DNA of 64,000 nucleotides from a phage: sequence record OZ336096.1; one strand, 5' to 3'. Shown piece by piece: positions 63,779 to 64,000 of this stretch (position 1 is its first letter; each line of letters starts with the position of its first letter). The notes under the pieces were generated by a model. It saw only the letters and a program-made list of their open reading frames with translations, ran no database searches and was not told where the DNA came from. The position numbers and the translations under genes were made by a program.

Positions 63779-63979
63779 ATGAGCGAGAACGTTTATAAAG
63801 AACTTTATGAAGCTAATAAGAAGTTAGAGTTTATGCAGAATACTATCATGGCAATTGCAGACAGATTATCTGTAGCAACAGGTATTGATATTAAAGAAGC
63901 ATCTATGGATGCACTTCTTGATGCTGTTGATGAAAAGTTCGAAGTTAAGAAAGAAGAGACTGCTACAGACTCTGAATAA
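63779..63979 (+). CDS. hypothetical acidic protein
   Basis: 66 aa ORF with GGAG RBS after the terminators. Confidence 0.4.
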   Translation: MSENVYKELYEANKKLEFMQNTIMAIADRLSVATGIDIKEASMDALLDAVDEKFEVKKEETATDSE

Positions 63980-64000
63980 TTCTATTTGCGGAGGCGCTTA

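Noticed and set aside
1-64000. CRISPR arrays or integrase/transposase-type mobile elements
   Set aside because: No regularly spaced direct repeats with unique spacers and no recombinase-like ORFs were seen; the only mobile-element-like features are the homing-endonuclease genes and introns already listed.

Overview
This 64 kb window reads as part of a large, AT-rich virulent tailed-phage genome with very high coding density. Strand blocks: 1-9338 minus (td, frd, ATP-dependent DNA ligase, HNH endonuclease, split family-A DNA polymerase); 9566-47954 plus (dNMP kinase, T7-like primase-helicase, SSB-like, flap endonuclease, MazG-like, nrdA/nrdB/nrdH, intron-split nrdD, nrdG, a tandem paralog array, a Prs-like + NAMPT-like pair, rIIA/rIIB, lytic transglycosylase, spanin-like pair, macro-domain protein, then a cassette array of small genes each with its own repeat unit); 47990-49618 a 1.6 kb ORF-free short-repeat region; 49619-56343 minus (GH24 lysozyme, Ig-like protein, hypotheticals); 56572-63979 plus (vWA protein, then about 26 tRNA genes with two embedded protein genes). 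Main second-look items: a Prs-like/NAMPT-like pair resembling the NARP1 NAD+ reconstitution anti-defence module, with the NAMPT-like gene broken by an 883 bp tandem duplication whose junction carries a 37 nt inverted copy; two ORF-less group-I-like introns (nrdD and DNA polymerase); a macro-domain protein; a four-gene paralog array; the repeat region; and an odd tRNA cluster (apparent full 20-amino-acid set, a split tRNA, two atypical tRNAs). All calls are by eye from the sequence and ORF track; motif comparisons to T4/T7/E. coli proteins are from memory, and no searches or folding were run.
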